A stretch of DNA of 64,000 nt from an uncultured Verrucomicrobiae bacterium (GCA_963702845.1 OY969763.1:3744001-3808000); one strand, 5' to 3'; numbered from the stretch's first letter, positions 50,814 to 62,030 are shown. Program-made: numbers and translations. Notes: a model not told the origin generated them from the letters alone.

Positions 50814-51710
50814 TCACTGCGAGGCCTGCTCGGGTTGTGGGTGGACAAGATCGTTGAACAGGTCGCGCAGGTGCGCTGGGATTTGGCCTTGGATGATTTT
50901 CCAGGGGCCACCGGTTGAGAACCAACTGCTACCTGATTTGATGCTCAGGTTGTAGCTTCCGTCAGGGTGGCGGAGCAGTGAGATGGTTTTTGGTTTCGCA
51001 CCAGACTGGCTGAATTGCTGATCGAGCCAAGTTTCGGATGTCTGTAATAGAAGGTCTGCGCGTTGCGCACCAATTTCATCACGCAGGGCTGTCTCGAATT
51101 GTTGCATAAACCGTTTTCCATCCTCGGGCTGCGGCTGCACGCGGATGGTCAATTTTTCGCCCTTTTGTCCGGCGATGCCGGGCAGGTCGTCATCTGTTTT
51201 CTCGGCTTTGGCGGTCTCAATGGCGTGATACTCAGCTAACAGGTTTGTCAGTGTGGCATTAAGCGCAATGGTTTGTTTTTCGTTCAAGGTCAGGACGGCA
51301 GCGACGTCGGCATTTACCGCGCCGTTTTCATTGAAGGCTTGGACGGGGAGCTTGGGCAGGATGTCCTTTCGCAGCCAGACATAGGGTGACCCGTTGATCC
51401 AATTCGGCAATGTGGAAGGTGCCGCAACCCAACGGCTTTCTGGGGCCACTTTACTCAATGCGGCCTCCGCTCTCGCAATGGCGGACCGGGTTTGTTTTCG
51501 ATTCGAGTTCTGAGTCTGCAATTCGCGACGGGCGGATTCCAGTTCGGCGGTCGCGGCGTTGATGCGCTCTTCAAGCTTGAGCCGCTGCGCGTTCGTTTCG
51601 GCCAATGCCGCGTGCGCTTCGGTGAGATGGCGTTGATGCGGAATCCACACTGCCGTTGCCGCAGAGAGGATCAACAGGATCAGAATTATTTTAAACAAGC
51701 GCTTTGACAT
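50814..51710 (-). CDS. Membrane-anchored coiled-coil protein, paralogous to the C-terminal extension of the upstream ECF sigma
   Basis: ATG 51710; N-terminal TM, coiled coil, W...SP....K..L..LP motif. Confidence 0.8.
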   Translation of the reverse strand: MSKRLFKIILILLILSAATAVWIPHQRHLTEAHAALAETNAQRLKLEERINAATAELESARRELQTQNSNRKQTRSAIARAEAALSKVAPESRWVAAPSTLPNWINGSPYVWLRKDILPKLPVQAFNENGAVNADVAAVLTLNEKQTIALNATLTNLLAEYHAIETAKAEKTDDDLPGIAGQKGEKLTIRVQPQPEDGKRFMQQFETALRDEIGAQRADLLLQTSETWLDQQFSQSGAKPKTISLLRHPDGSYNLSIKSGSSWFSTGGPWKIIQGQIPAHLRDLFNDLVHPQPEQASQ

Positions 51711-51717
51711 GGCGGAT

Positions 51718-53301
51718 TCAGTTTTTGGTAGGCTGGCTTCGTGCGAGAGTGATCCAATCCTGAAGATCAGCACGGAACATTTCCGGAATGTCATCCAGTG
51801 GGATCGATGTCCAATAACCTTCGCCATTGTTTTTCCCGACGCTCCAGTCGAGCCAGTCATTGCCGGGCCGTGGTTGGTAAAAGCGCACGCGACGGTCGAA
51901 ATTGAAAACAGCCAATCCGGAATTGAGGCCGTGGTTTTCGTCGTCGGTCGGCATCCATTCGGCAAGTGCGGCTTTGAATTGGTGTGAACGTTCTGGTCCG
52001 AGCGTGTTCTCCAGTTCGCCAAAGAAGGTTGCTCTCAATTCACCGAAGCGGTCCCCAATGGCAGTCATTTCAAATACTCGCGTTTGTGCGGCGTTACGGC
52101 CACTCAGGTCGCTATCGTTGGGGTCAACCCGCCGCATTTTCGAAGCTTGCGCGGCATGGTAGGTGGCCAGAAAACGGTCGATGGAATCTTGCACGCCTTC
52201 GGTTTCTGCGTCGTTGAGTTGCAACACTTCTTTGATCTGTTCGGTCAGATGGCCACGCTGGTTGCTCACGGCGCCAATCGGAAGCTGGGCTAGAAGCTGC
52301 TTTGGCACTCGGGCCACGGGTGAGCTGTCGTCCCAGTGGTAAGCGGCGATCGGAGCGTGACCGTCGAGTCGAGCATTAAGTGCCGCCAGGCGCAGCTCGT
52401 TGGTGGCTGTTTCACCGCGCGAGACGCGCAGAGTTTCGCGCGTGCGGGCGAGGTTTTTTTCGAGGTCGGCTGCCTGCCGATTGGAAGCGACGAGTTGGGT
52501 ATTTAACTGGGCCTGTTCGCGAGTGACACGCGCTTGAGCGTGCGATTGCCAGGCGAGAGGCGTGGCGGCAATTACTGCGCACAGAACTATGGTTTGGGTT
52601 TTTGTGAGGGCCATAAGATTGAAAAGCAGAAGGTTGAGACCGGTGGACGCGCCGCCAGCAGCCAGCCCGGCATTGCTCGCGGATATTGCAAGCCCCGCGG
52701 GTGCTGCTTTTGCAGCGTTAGCAAGGACTGCCGCGCCACCGGCAGCGGTGCCTGTTGTGAAACCTTTGCTGCGGAAGAATGCGTTGAGCCGTTCGAGGGC
52801 GCGCGAAACGCGTTTGCGGGCGGCATCTTCGTTTACGCCCAAGGCAGCACCAACTTCTCGCAGACTGCGGTCCTCCAAAAAACGGAGCATCAGTGCCAGC
52901 CGATCGCCTTCGCGCAGGCTGAGCAGCGCTTCATCGACGAGCGGAATCATGGCGGCAAACGGTGAAGCGCCCTCGCGTTGAAGCTGACCGAGTTCAACGG
53001 CGACTTCCTCGCGACGGCGGCGGCGCAATTCTGAACGGATGCGGGATTTTGATTCGAGAACCGCGGCGCGATGGAGCCAGCCGGCCAGTGTTTCGACCCC
53101 GCCGAGGCGTGGCGCTTTGCAGGCGAGGGCGACAAAAACGTTTTGGGTTATTTCCTCAGCGAGTCCGGTATTACCCACCTGCCGTAACGCAGTGGCGTAG
53201 ACGAGATCGACATGCCGCTGCACGAGAGCGCGGAAGGCGGCTTCCGAGCCATGCGCCGCGTAGGCGCTCACTAATTCGCAGTCAGGCGATGCAGCAGTCA
53301 T
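51718..53301 (-). CDS. ECF sigma-70 factor with C-terminal TM and extracytoplasmic extension
   Basis: AFRALVQRH, AEEITQNVF, LAGWL (region 2); SLREVGAALGV.EDAARKRVSRALERL (region 4). Confidence 0.9.
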   Translation of the reverse strand: MTAASPDCELVSAYAAHGSEAAFRALVQRHVDLVYATALRQVGNTGLAEEITQNVFVALACKAPRLGGVETLAGWLHRAAVLESKSRIRSELRRRRREEVAVELGQLQREGASPFAAMIPLVDEALLSLREGDRLALMLRFLEDRSLREVGAALGVNEDAARKRVSRALERLNAFFRSKGFTTGTAAGGAAVLANAAKAAPAGLAISASNAGLAAGGASTGLNLLLFNLMALTKTQTIVLCAVIAATPLAWQSHAQARVTREQAQLNTQLVASNRQAADLEKNLARTRETLRVSRGETATNELRLAALNARLDGHAPIAAYHWDDSSPVARVPKQLLAQLPIGAVSNQRGHLTEQIKEVLQLNDAETEGVQDSIDRFLATYHAAQASKMRRVDPNDSDLSGRNAAQTRVFEMTAIGDRFGELRATFFGELENTLGPERSHQFKAALAEWMPTDDENHGLNSGLAVFNFDRRVRFYQPRPGNDWLDWSVGKNNGEGYWTSIPLDDIPEMFRADLQDWITLARSQPTKN

Positions 53302-53428
53302 TTCAATCTATATACTGCCGGAGCCGGCCAAAACCGGACAGTTTAGAAGCACAAAAAACAGCCAAGTCATTAGTGCCGCGTCGTGGAATAGGTCCGATTG
53401 ATTTGATTTGCTGAGAATATCCTCATGC

Positions 53429-53453
53429 GGCGCTCGCGGAGCGAACGCCCTAC
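53429..53453 (-). repeat. GTAG REP palindrome downstream of murJ
   Basis: GTAGGGCGTTCGC-TCC-GCGAGCGCC on minus strand. Confidence 0.65.
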
Positions 53454-53456
53454 CAC

Positions 53457-55049
53457 TTAGCGGCGGAGCAGCAGATTCGTGATGTCTTGCGCGGACGGGA
53501 CGCGGAGCAGCAACGCGATGGCAAAATAGATGGCGGAGGCCAGGGTCATCGGCACGAAGACTTCGCCGAGTTTGAGCGCGAGATTCTCGTGGCCATAGTG
53601 ACCAGTCCAATATTCGCGCGAATACCAAGCGATGATTGCGGCGATGACGGCGGCAATGAGGATTCTTGGAATGGCGCGGAAAAAATCGGTCAGTTCGAGG
53701 GTTTTGAGTTTTTTGCCGAGGAAACTGCCGAGCAAGGCGACGTTGACTGCGGAGGTGAGTGTATTGGCAAGACCCAAGGAACCGGAGCCGAGCTTGAATT
53801 GAAACAGGAATACCGCGGTGAAGATGAGGTTTATGAGCAGACAGAAGATGCTGATGCGCATCGGCGTTTTGATGTCGCCCATCGCGTAAAAGGCGCGGGC
53901 GAGAATGTTGACGCACGAAAACGCGACCAGTCCTGGGACGAGGCACACGACGGCGAAGCTGACGTTGGCGGTTGAATGGGCGGTGAATTTTCCGTGCTGG
54001 AACAGTAATCGCACAATGGGTTCGGCGAGAATGAACAATAAAATGGACGCAAGCAGGTTGACGAAAAAAACGTGCGCCAATCCCTGGCGAAGCATGGAGC
54101 GAAAGCCGCCGTAGTTTTTTTCGGCAGCCAATCCTGACAAGGTCGGCAACAGGAATGTGGCGAGCGAAATGCCGAAGACGCCTTGTGGCACTTCCATGAG
54201 GCGGGTCGCGTAGTTGAATTCGGCGTTGATCGATTTGTCCACGCCGAACGCGAGGATTTGCGTGAGCATGACGTTGATCTGGAAGGCCGCAACTCCGACG
54301 GAAGCGGGGATCATTTGGATGACAACTTTATGCACTGTTGCGTCGCGCCACGGAGCAATCCAGCGATAGCGAAAGCCTTCGCGGCGCAGGCTGGGCAGTT
54401 GGAAGCAGGCTTGGGCGACTCCTGCGGCGAGGACGCCGTATGCGAGAACGAAAATTCGTGTACGCAGTTGTTCGTCCGACAATTCAGATACGTGTCCGTG
54501 ATGGAAAAGCAGGTTGCGGTTCGCGATAAAAACGGACGCGATCATGACGATGTTGAGGCTGGCTGCGCCTAAAGTCGGGATGAAAAAGTAGCCACGGGCA
54601 TTGAGGATGCCCATCATGACGGCGGCGAGACAGGCCAGGATCATGTAGGGAAACATCAGCCGCAAAAGGCCTAACATGAGTTGTGTATCTGGCGAGAATC
54701 GGTCCCGAAAAAAGAACAGGATCAGGGTCACAACGAGGACGGCGATTACGCAAATGATAGTCGATGCAACGATCAAACCGGAGAGGACGGCGTTGCCCGC
54801 GCGCCACATTTCGGTTTCGCCTTCGTTTTTTTCTTTGGCTTTGAAAATGGGGATGAATGAAGCGCTGAGTATGCCTTCGCCGAGTAAACGGCGGAACAGG
54901 TTCGGGATGGTAAAGGCGAGGACGAATGCGCTCGCGACGGCGCTGGTGCCCATGAACCAACCGTAAACTTGTTCGCGAACGAGGCCGAGAAGGCGGCTGG
55001 TCAAAGTAGCAGCGCCCATGGCTCCCGACGATTTCAACATCTGCGACAT
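53457..55049 (-). CDS. murJ: Lipid II flippase MurJ (MviN)
   Basis: SRLLGLVRE, AFTIPNLFRRLLGEG, ARAFYA.GD.KTP. Confidence 0.95.
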   Translation of the reverse strand: MSQMLKSSGAMGAATLTSRLLGLVREQVYGWFMGTSAVASAFVLAFTIPNLFRRLLGEGILSASFIPIFKAKEKNEGETEMWRAGNAVLSGLIVASTIICVIAVLVVTLILFFFRDRFSPDTQLMLGLLRLMFPYMILACLAAVMMGILNARGYFFIPTLGAASLNIVMIASVFIANRNLLFHHGHVSELSDEQLRTRIFVLAYGVLAAGVAQACFQLPSLRREGFRYRWIAPWRDATVHKVVIQMIPASVGVAAFQINVMLTQILAFGVDKSINAEFNYATRLMEVPQGVFGISLATFLLPTLSGLAAEKNYGGFRSMLRQGLAHVFFVNLLASILLFILAEPIVRLLFQHGKFTAHSTANVSFAVVCLVPGLVAFSCVNILARAFYAMGDIKTPMRISIFCLLINLIFTAVFLFQFKLGSGSLGLANTLTSAVNVALLGSFLGKKLKTLELTDFFRAIPRILIAAVIAAIIAWYSREYWTGHYGHENLALKLGEVFVPMTLASAIYFAIALLLRVPSAQDITNLLLRR

Positions 55050-55094
55050 CCTCGGCGAGGAATCTAAAGAGACGGATAGAAAGGCCAAGGAAAT

Positions 55095-55188
55095 TAAATT
55101 CGAAGCACGAAACGGAACGTTCAACGCGCAAACGAAACTCGAAACAAATTCGAATGTTAGTTTGGGACGACGTGGAAGTCGTCCCTAC
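55095..55188. repeat. 7-bp-unit (..cgaa) repeat half-element plus GTAG REP
   Basis: aaattcgaagcacgaaa...actcgaaacaaattcgaat; gggacgac-gtggaa-gtcgtccc-tac. Confidence 0.6.
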
Positions 55189-55194
55189 CAAGCT

Positions 55195-57769
55195 CTAGAA
55201 CTTCTTTAGTTCGGTTTGCGTCCAGGCGTCTTGGCGGCTTGCAGTTGTGTCTCGGAGGGATTTAACGCTGCTCGCGGTAATTGGGGCGGCGGCGTTGTCC
55301 CATTCGCGGCGGATGTAGGTGAGGATGGCGGCGAGTTGGTCGTCGTTGAAGGCGCGCATGCTGGGCATGTCCAGCCTGAAGGAACGTCCGTCCACTTCGA
55401 TGGGGCCGCGCAGGCCGTTCAAGACGATTCGGATGAGACGTTTTTCAGTTCCCAGCACCCACTCAGAATCGGCAAGCGGAGGCGCCAAGCCTTCCATGCC
55501 TCGACCGTGAAGTTGATGACAAGCGGCGCATGTGCCGGCGAACAAGGTTTTGCCTGACGCGAATCGCGCCTGCTCTTCTGCGGTCAGCGGCGTAGGTTCG
55601 GGTTCAGGTGTGTAGCCGGGTTTGCCGGGCCAAACGATGACTGATTCCAATTTGGTCAGGGACTTAAGTGAATTCTTAGGAAGCGCTGATTTCAATTTGG
55701 CAAGCGTCACAGGTTTGGTTTTGAACTTTATGGGTTTGCGGGAAAGTGTTCGCGCCGGAGAGATCGAACCGGCCAACAAGGCGGTCTGACTGGCACTTTG
55801 TTGCACGGCTGTTAATTGGAGAAGGCGGTCGATGGCGTCTGCACGGCGCTCCAACATGATGCAGGAGGCCAGGCTGGATAGGAATTCCGCGTGCGCTTTG
55901 TCCGGATTTTCCCATGCTGGTTTTTGCAGGAGTCGTTCCAACAATTGCAGTTCGCGGCCGGACAATCCGCTCACGATTGCATCGGGAAGGAATTTGTTGG
56001 AAGGATTTGAATCCAACAAAGATGCCATGAGGTCATCCGTACCGTTGTCGCTCACCTGTCCTAAGGTTAACGCCAATTGTAATTGCACCGTCGGATCGGG
56101 ATCGCCGCTCATTTTCTCGAAGGCTTCGATCGCGGCTACTTTGTCCTCGGATCGGAGCAGGCCTTCGCCGACGTGGATGGCCGCCACTCGGACTGAGGCG
56201 TTCGGTACTCGCAAGGGCCGCGCGAACGGCCTCCATGGTCACTTCGTCCAGACCGTGCAAAGTCCACAAGGCGTGGAGTTGGCCCAGCGGGCTTGGGCCT
56301 TTTGAAGCGAGATTGTTTAGCGCAGTTATCGCGGCGTCGTCGCGATGTTCCACGAGAAGTCGTTGGGCGGTTTCGCGCCACCATGCATTGCCATCGGAAA
56401 GGTGCTCCACCCATTGGCTCGGCGTTTCCGCCGCGAAGTTCGCTTTCTTTGGCGCATAAGGATGATCTGGAACGACGCGATAGATACGGCCGAGATGCGT
56501 CGGCAATACCAACCCGCGTTCTTCGCTTTGTTTGCGCAAATAGGTCGTGACTGAGATGCGATGCTGCAAGACGCCACGATAGAAATCGACGATGTAAAGG
56601 CCGCCATCGGGCCCCTGGCAAAAACTCACGGGACGAAAACGCTCGTCAATGGAAGCGAGGAATTCCTGTTGGTCGTAGGCGTTAGTGGCGACGATGGTGC
56701 CGTTGGTTTCGACGAGAATATTGCGTCTGACGAGATTACCGGCTGGTTCAGCAACAAAAGCGTTTCCATAAAAATCTGCCGGGAATCGGTCGCTACGGAA
56801 AATGAAAGGCGAACAGGCGGCGGTGAATTCTTTCAAACGTCCGTTGCGCAACATTTCTGGACGATAGCCTCGATTGATACCGGGATTGACGCGCGCCGGC
56901 CAAACGAATTGGTCTTTCGGCAATTTGACGTTAATTCCTGCGGGCTGCTGAAAGGCTGGATTGCGACCGAGATAATAATCTGGAATCAAATCGGCTCGGA
57001 GTTGGTCACTATTGGAATTGTAAAACAATCTGCCATCGTCGTCCTGGCTCAATCCAAATTGGCCGCGGAAAATCGTTCCGAGCCGTTCCCATTTTCCGCT
57101 ATGAAAGCGAAATTTTGCGGTATAGGACGAGCCACAGATCCAGTTGTCGCGACCCCAAAGCAAACTATTGGGGGCTCGTTCAGGATTGGCTAACCCTGGA
57201 TTGCGTGGATCAACTTGCACGCCGAAATCGCCTGCGACTTCGACTTTTTCGTCGCAGACGTCATCGCCGTTTGTGTCGCGGCAGAACCACAGTTTGGGTG
57301 GCGCTCCAATTAACACGCCGTCGCGAACAAACATGAGTGCGCGTGGAAGGATCAAGCCGTCGAGGAAAGTTTTCCGCGTATCCATAACTCCATCGCCATT
57401 GGTATCGGTCAAAATGGACACGCGCCCGATTGGTGCGTCTTCTCCCTGACCGTCCATATTCGGCATGTAGCCGCGCATTTCAACAACCCAAAGCCGGCCT
57501 TGTGGATCGAATTGCGCAACCACGGGATCTTCAACAAGAGGATCTGCTGCGGCGACTTCGATCCGGTATCCTTTCGCCAATTTGAAAGTGTGAAGCGCTT
57601 CAGCCGGGGTTAGTGCGGGCGACGGAGGAATCTGGTCGCGTGGAACAATCAGCTTTTGGACTTCGCCGTGCTTGTCGGCCTTGTCGCCGATCTGAGCGCA
57701 AGCGCTCCAGCACGAAAGCGCGAAGACAACCGAAATAGTCCAAATGGATCGGATCAAGGGAAATAACAT
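55195..57769 (-). CDS. PVC-type membrane-bound dehydrogenase-domain/heme-binding protein; frameshift near 56205
   Basis: GRLWVVEM, DTNGDG, FRPV...GPDGGLYIVDFY, HEAT-like repeats, C-terminal CAACH...APPL...MP cytochrome c. Confidence 0.88.
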
Positions 57770-57916
57770 GGCCGATGAACAGACCGGTCTGAGTTGCAAA
57801 ATATTCAACGTGAATGTGGTTTGGTGTCGGTTGTTGTCGAGGTAAATTTGACGCTTGATCGCACGTTGGAGGTTACAGAAAAGAAGTTAGAGCCTCCTGA
57901 CGTCGGCTGCTATGAG

Positions 57917-59293
57917 TTATAGAGTGTCGCGGATGGAGGCGCGCAACGTTGCGATCAATGTTTCGACCTGCTCGGCGGTTGTGCAGTACGGGGGCATGAT
58001 GACGATGACGTTGCCGATTGGGCGTGTCAGCACGCCGCGCTTGGCCATCGCTTCGCAGACGCGGATTCCGGCGCGCTCGCGCAAATCGTAAGGTTTACGG
58101 GTGTTCCAATTGCGAACGAGTTCGATGCCGGCGACGAGTCCAACCTGGCGGATGTCCCCGACTTGAGGCACATCCCATATTGTCTGCAAACCCGTACGTA
58201 AGTTTTTTTCCAGATCTGAGCGCTGCTTCCCGGAACGCGGAGATTGCAGTAACTCCAAACTCTCTAATGCTGCGGCCGCGCCGAGCTGGTTTGCGGTGTA
58301 GCTGTGGCCATGGAAAAAGGTTTTGAACTCTTCGTATTCGCCGAGGAACGCGTCGAATACTTTTTGCGTCGTTAAGGTTGCGGCCATCGGCATGTAGCCG
58401 CCGGTCAGACCTTTGGCCAAGGCCATAAAGTCCGGCTGCACATTTTGATTCTGACAGGCGAACAGGCCCCGCCCACCGGTTCGGCCGAAGCCGGTCATGA
58501 CTTCGTCGGCAATCAATTGCGCGCCGTGGCTTCTTGCAATTTTCGTCGCGCGTGAAAGCCAACCTTTCGGTTGGGCAATCATGCCCGCAGCGCCTTGCAT
58601 TAAGGGCTCGAATGCGAAAGCTGCATACTGGCTTCCTTTCTTTTTTTGCGTGACGAAATTTTTGTCGAGAGTTTCCAGACATTCCCAATTGCATTTGCGG
58701 CATTCGCGCGCGTCGATGCGTTCGGCTTTCGCTTTGTTGTGGGGACAACGATAGCAATACGGCGCAGGCGTTTTGTCGACTTTGAACAATAACGGTTGGT
58801 AAGCTTTATGAAACAGGTCGATGTGCCCAAGGCTGACCGCACCGATGGTGTCGCCGTGATAGGCATTATCGAGGGAAAGGAATTTCGGATTTTTAGTCCC
58901 GTTGCGACGCGAATATTGAAACGAAAGTTTTAACGCCACCTCCATCGCTGTCGAGCCGTCGTCTGAATAAAATACTTTATTCAGTTTTGGCCCCGCCTCT
59001 TTGACGAGTTGTTCGCCGAGAATCGAAGCGGGCTCGTTGGCAAAGCCCAGCGCGGATGAATGAGCGATTTTCTTGAGCTGCTTGTTTATCGCGGCATTAA
59101 TCGACGGATGAGCGTGGCCGTGAAGGTTCGTCCAAATGGACGAATTGCCGTCGAGGTAGCGTTTGCCGTTCGCATCGAATAAATATGTGCCTCGTCCACG
59201 AACGATAGTGATGGGCTCGCGTTTGAGCCAATCGCGCATTTGTGTGAACGGGTGCCAAAGATATTTGTGATCGAGGCGGGCGAGCTTATTCAC
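57917..59293 (-). CDS. bioA: Adenosylmethionine-8-amino-7-oxononanoate aminotransferase
   Basis: WHPFTQM, YHGDT, ADEVMTGFGRTG, AKGLTGG, HGHSY; GTG 59293. Confidence 0.93.
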   Translation of the reverse strand: MNKLARLDHKYLWHPFTQMRDWLKREPITIVRGRGTYLFDANGKRYLDGNSSIWTNLHGHAHPSINAAINKQLKKIAHSSALGFANEPASILGEQLVKEAGPKLNKVFYSDDGSTAMEVALKLSFQYSRRNGTKNPKFLSLDNAYHGDTIGAVSLGHIDLFHKAYQPLLFKVDKTPAPYCYRCPHNKAKAERIDARECRKCNWECLETLDKNFVTQKKKGSQYAAFAFEPLMQGAAGMIAQPKGWLSRATKIARSHGAQLIADEVMTGFGRTGGRGLFACQNQNVQPDFMALAKGLTGGYMPMAATLTTQKVFDAFLGEYEEFKTFFHGHSYTANQLGAAAALESLELLQSPRSGKQRSDLEKNLRTGLQTIWDVPQVGDIRQVGLVAGIELVRNWNTRKPYDLRERAGIRVCEAMAKRGVLTRPIGNVIVIMPPYCTTAEQVETLIATLRASIRDTL

Positions 59294-59297
59294 GGGC

Positions 59298-60509
59298 TTA
59301 AATCGAATTAAGCGCTTCGACAAGTTGCGCAACCTGCTCGGCGGAATGCGCCGCGCTCAACGTGATGCGCAAACGAGCCTGGCCGCGCGCAACAGTCGGA
59401 TAGCGCACAGCGGGAACAAACATGCCGTTTTTGCGCAATTTTTGTGCAACATCCATCGCCTTGGCTTCGTCACCGATCATAAACGGGATGATCGCGCCAC
59501 GCGTTGGAGGCGCAACCGTCACGTCATGGTTTTTTTTGCGCGATTCGCAGAACTGATCAATCCGTTGCCAAAGATTTTTGCGCAAATTGATGCCACGTTC
59601 GCTTTGCAAAATATCCAATGCGGCGCTGGCTGCAGCAGCGGCGGCCGGAACTGGCGCGGTGGAGAAAATAAAACTGCGCCCACGATTTATGAGGTAATCG
59701 ACCAACGCACGTGAACCGCAAATGTAACCACCGGCCGATCCGAGTGACTTGCCCAAGGTTCCCATCTGCACTTCGATTTTATCAGCGACGGCATATTCTT
59801 CGGCGAGGCCGCGTCCGGTTGCGCCATAAACGCCAGTGCCGTGCGCCTCGTCCAACATCAGCCACGCGCCGAAGCTTTCTTTCAAGGACACCAACTCGCG
59901 CAGGGGCGTCCGGTCGCCGTCCATGGAGAAAATGCTTTCGGTGACGATCAATGTGCGCGGCTCTCGGTCGGTTTCCACCAGCGACGCGTGTTCGTGTCGT
60001 TTATCGGCCCAAGCGAGAATTTTTGCCAAGCCGTCGAAATCGTTGTGGCCGAACACGCGGAGTTTTGCACCGGATAACCGCGCGGCATCGACAATCGAGG
60101 CATGGACCAATTTGTCGACGACGATAACATCGTTGCTGTCCAGCAACGCGCAAATGGTGCCGACAGCCGCAGCGTAGCCGGACGAGAACACAAGCGCTGC
60201 TTCCGTGTTTTTGAACGCGGCGAGTTTTTGCTCAAGCACGTGATGCGGGGCCAGCGAACCGGAAATCAAGCGCGACGAACCCGAGCCGGCGCCGAATTTT
60301 TCCACGGCTTCGATCGAGGCTTTTTTCAAAGCCGGATCGTTGGCAAGGCCCAGGTAGTCGTTCGACGAGAAGTTCAGGTAAGACTTGCCGTCGATTTGGA
60401 TTTTGGCCGCTTGCGGCGAATCGACCTGGAGCAATTGCCGGTAAAGGCTCTGCCCTTTCAATGTGTCGATTCGTCTTATTAGCTCCTCGTTGAACGATTT
60501 CACTGCCAT
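59298..60509 (-). CDS. bioF: 8-amino-7-oxononanoate synthase
   Basis: SSNDYLGL, HASIVD, SIFSMDGD, DEAH, TLGKSLG; ATG 60509. Confidence 0.93.
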   Translation of the reverse strand: MAVKSFNEELIRRIDTLKGQSLYRQLLQVDSPQAAKIQIDGKSYLNFSSNDYLGLANDPALKKASIEAVEKFGAGSGSSRLISGSLAPHHVLEQKLAAFKNTEAALVFSSGYAAAVGTICALLDSNDVIVVDKLVHASIVDAARLSGAKLRVFGHNDFDGLAKILAWADKRHEHASLVETDREPRTLIVTESIFSMDGDRTPLRELVSLKESFGAWLMLDEAHGTGVYGATGRGLAEEYAVADKIEVQMGTLGKSLGSAGGYICGSRALVDYLINRGRSFIFSTAPVPAAAAAASAALDILQSERGINLRKNLWQRIDQFCESRKKNHDVTVAPPTRGAIIPFMIGDEAKAMDVAQKLRKNGMFVPAVRYPTVARGQARLRITLSAAHSAEQVAQLVEALNSI

Positions 60510-60587
60510 AGGAATGACATGCTCAGCGCTTTGCGTCCAGCGCGATTGGAATTGACGGAAAGTCTGGTCGCTGCGTTCATGTTCTAT

Positions 60588-61277
60588 ATGTGCAGAATGA
60601 TCGCAGTGGTTTCGCAAAAACCAGTGGCCTGTGGGCGTTTTTTGGATGAACTGGCGAAACAATCGTGCGGCGGCGTCGAATCGCCGCACGGCGACGGGTT
60701 CGGCGCGGCAATTTTCACGAATGGTCATTGGTTCCACGTGCGCGAACAATGCTCGGTTTGGGACGCGGCCCGGAGCGCGTTGAATTCGATTGAAGGGACA
60801 ATTCTGCTGCTCCATTCGCGCAAAGCCTCTGACCCGACGAGCATCAATCTTACAAAACTGCATCCGTTTTGTTGGCCGGGCAAAGGTCAGGGCATCATGT
60901 TTTGCCAAAATGGAACGATCCGTAAACACGACCGACTGAAGTCGTCGCCTGGTCCGGATGCGATTGATACGGAAAAGTATTTCGACATCGTCATCCGTCA
61001 TTACAAACAAAAGCCTGACCTTGGCGACGCGGTCCTAAATGCCGCAGAGGAAATCTACGCGGCCGATGCGGATACGACCTCGCTTAATTCCTGCATTTCG
61101 GATGGACGCGAACTGGTTTGTTACAAAGGCCAAATTCTCCCGCAAAACGCCGGCTATCATACATTGTTCGTGCATGAGGAGCCCGAGATGGCTGTCGTGA
61201 GCACGGAAATGTTCGAGGGCTCCAAGCCGAAGGAATGGAAGCCGCTCCAAGGAATTTTTCGCAAGAGTTTTTGTTAG
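60588..61277 (+). CDS. Class II glutamine amidotransferase (YafJ/EgtC-like)
   Basis: N-terminal MCRM, HGDGFG, HSRKAS, HPF, QNG, DTE. Confidence 0.85.
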   Translation: MCRMIAVVSQKPVACGRFLDELAKQSCGGVESPHGDGFGAAIFTNGHWFHVREQCSVWDAARSALNSIEGTILLLHSRKASDPTSINLTKLHPFCWPGKGQGIMFCQNGTIRKHDRLKSSPGPDAIDTEKYFDIVIRHYKQKPDLGDAVLNAAEEIYAADADTTSLNSCISDGRELVCYKGQILPQNAGYHTLFVHEEPEMAVVSTEMFEGSKPKEWKPLQGIFRKSFC

Positions 61278-61307
61278 ATACGCGAGCCATAGAAAGAAAA
61301 CCCCGCG

Positions 61308-62030
61308 TCACTCCTGCTTCATCTGGATCGCCCGATGGACCAGTTCCGTTGCACTGCGCAAATTGAGTTTCTCTTTGATGTGCGCACGATGTGATTCGAC
61401 GGTCTTGATACTAAGATGCAGTTGTTCAGCAATCTGGCGCGTTCCCCTGCCCTCGCCGATCAATCCGAAAACTTCCAACTCACGGTCGCTTAACCGTTCG
61501 ATCAGCGAACCATTGGCCGCAGTCCTTCCGCCACCAACCAGTTGGTGCATGAACTTTGAACTCATCCGGTCGCTCAGATAAATGCCACCAGTCGCCACTT
61601 TGCGCAGCGCAATCATGACTTTGTCAGTAGCCTCTTGCTTCATCACGTAACCCGCGGCGCCCGCGCGCAAAGTGCGTTCGGCATAGAGGGCTTCGTCGTA
61701 CATGGAGAGCACGAGCATGATGAGCTTGGGGTGTGCGGCTTTGACGCTCTTGATCAATTCCAACCCACTGCTGGATTTGAGTGATAAATCGATGACCGCG
61801 ATGTCGGGCTTGAGTTTTTCGACCGCGCCGAACGCGGCTCCCGCATCTTCATACTGGCCACAAACAACAAAATCCTTCTCGACTGAAATGAGCTGAACCA
61901 GACCACTGCGCATGATTGGGTGGTCTTCGACGATGAGAACCCGTCGAACATCTTTTCTGGCTCCGGGAATCGTTGCTACAACTTTGGCGACAACTTCTTT
62001 ATCCTTCCGCTGGGGAACTTTCGTTTTCAT
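61308..62030 (-). CDS. NarL/LuxR family response regulator
   Basis: VEDH, IDLSL, GYVMK; LSDRELEVF...TVESHR. Confidence 0.93.
   Translation of the reverse strand: MKTKVPQRKDKEVVAKVVATIPGARKDVRRVLIVEDHPIMRSGLVQLISVEKDFVVCGQYEDAGAAFGAVEKLKPDIAVIDLSLKSSSGLELIKSVKAAHPKLIMLVLSMYDEALYAERTLRAGAAGYVMKQEATDKVMIALRKVATGGIYLSDRMSSKFMHQLVGGGRTAANGSLIERLSDRELEVFGLIGEGRGTRQIAEQLHLSIKTVESHRAHIKEKLNLRSATELVHRAIQMKQE

Noticed and set aside
60510..61010. 167-aa N-terminal extension of BioF
   Set aside because: Antisense overlap with the amidotransferase gene; BioF homology starts at ATG 60509
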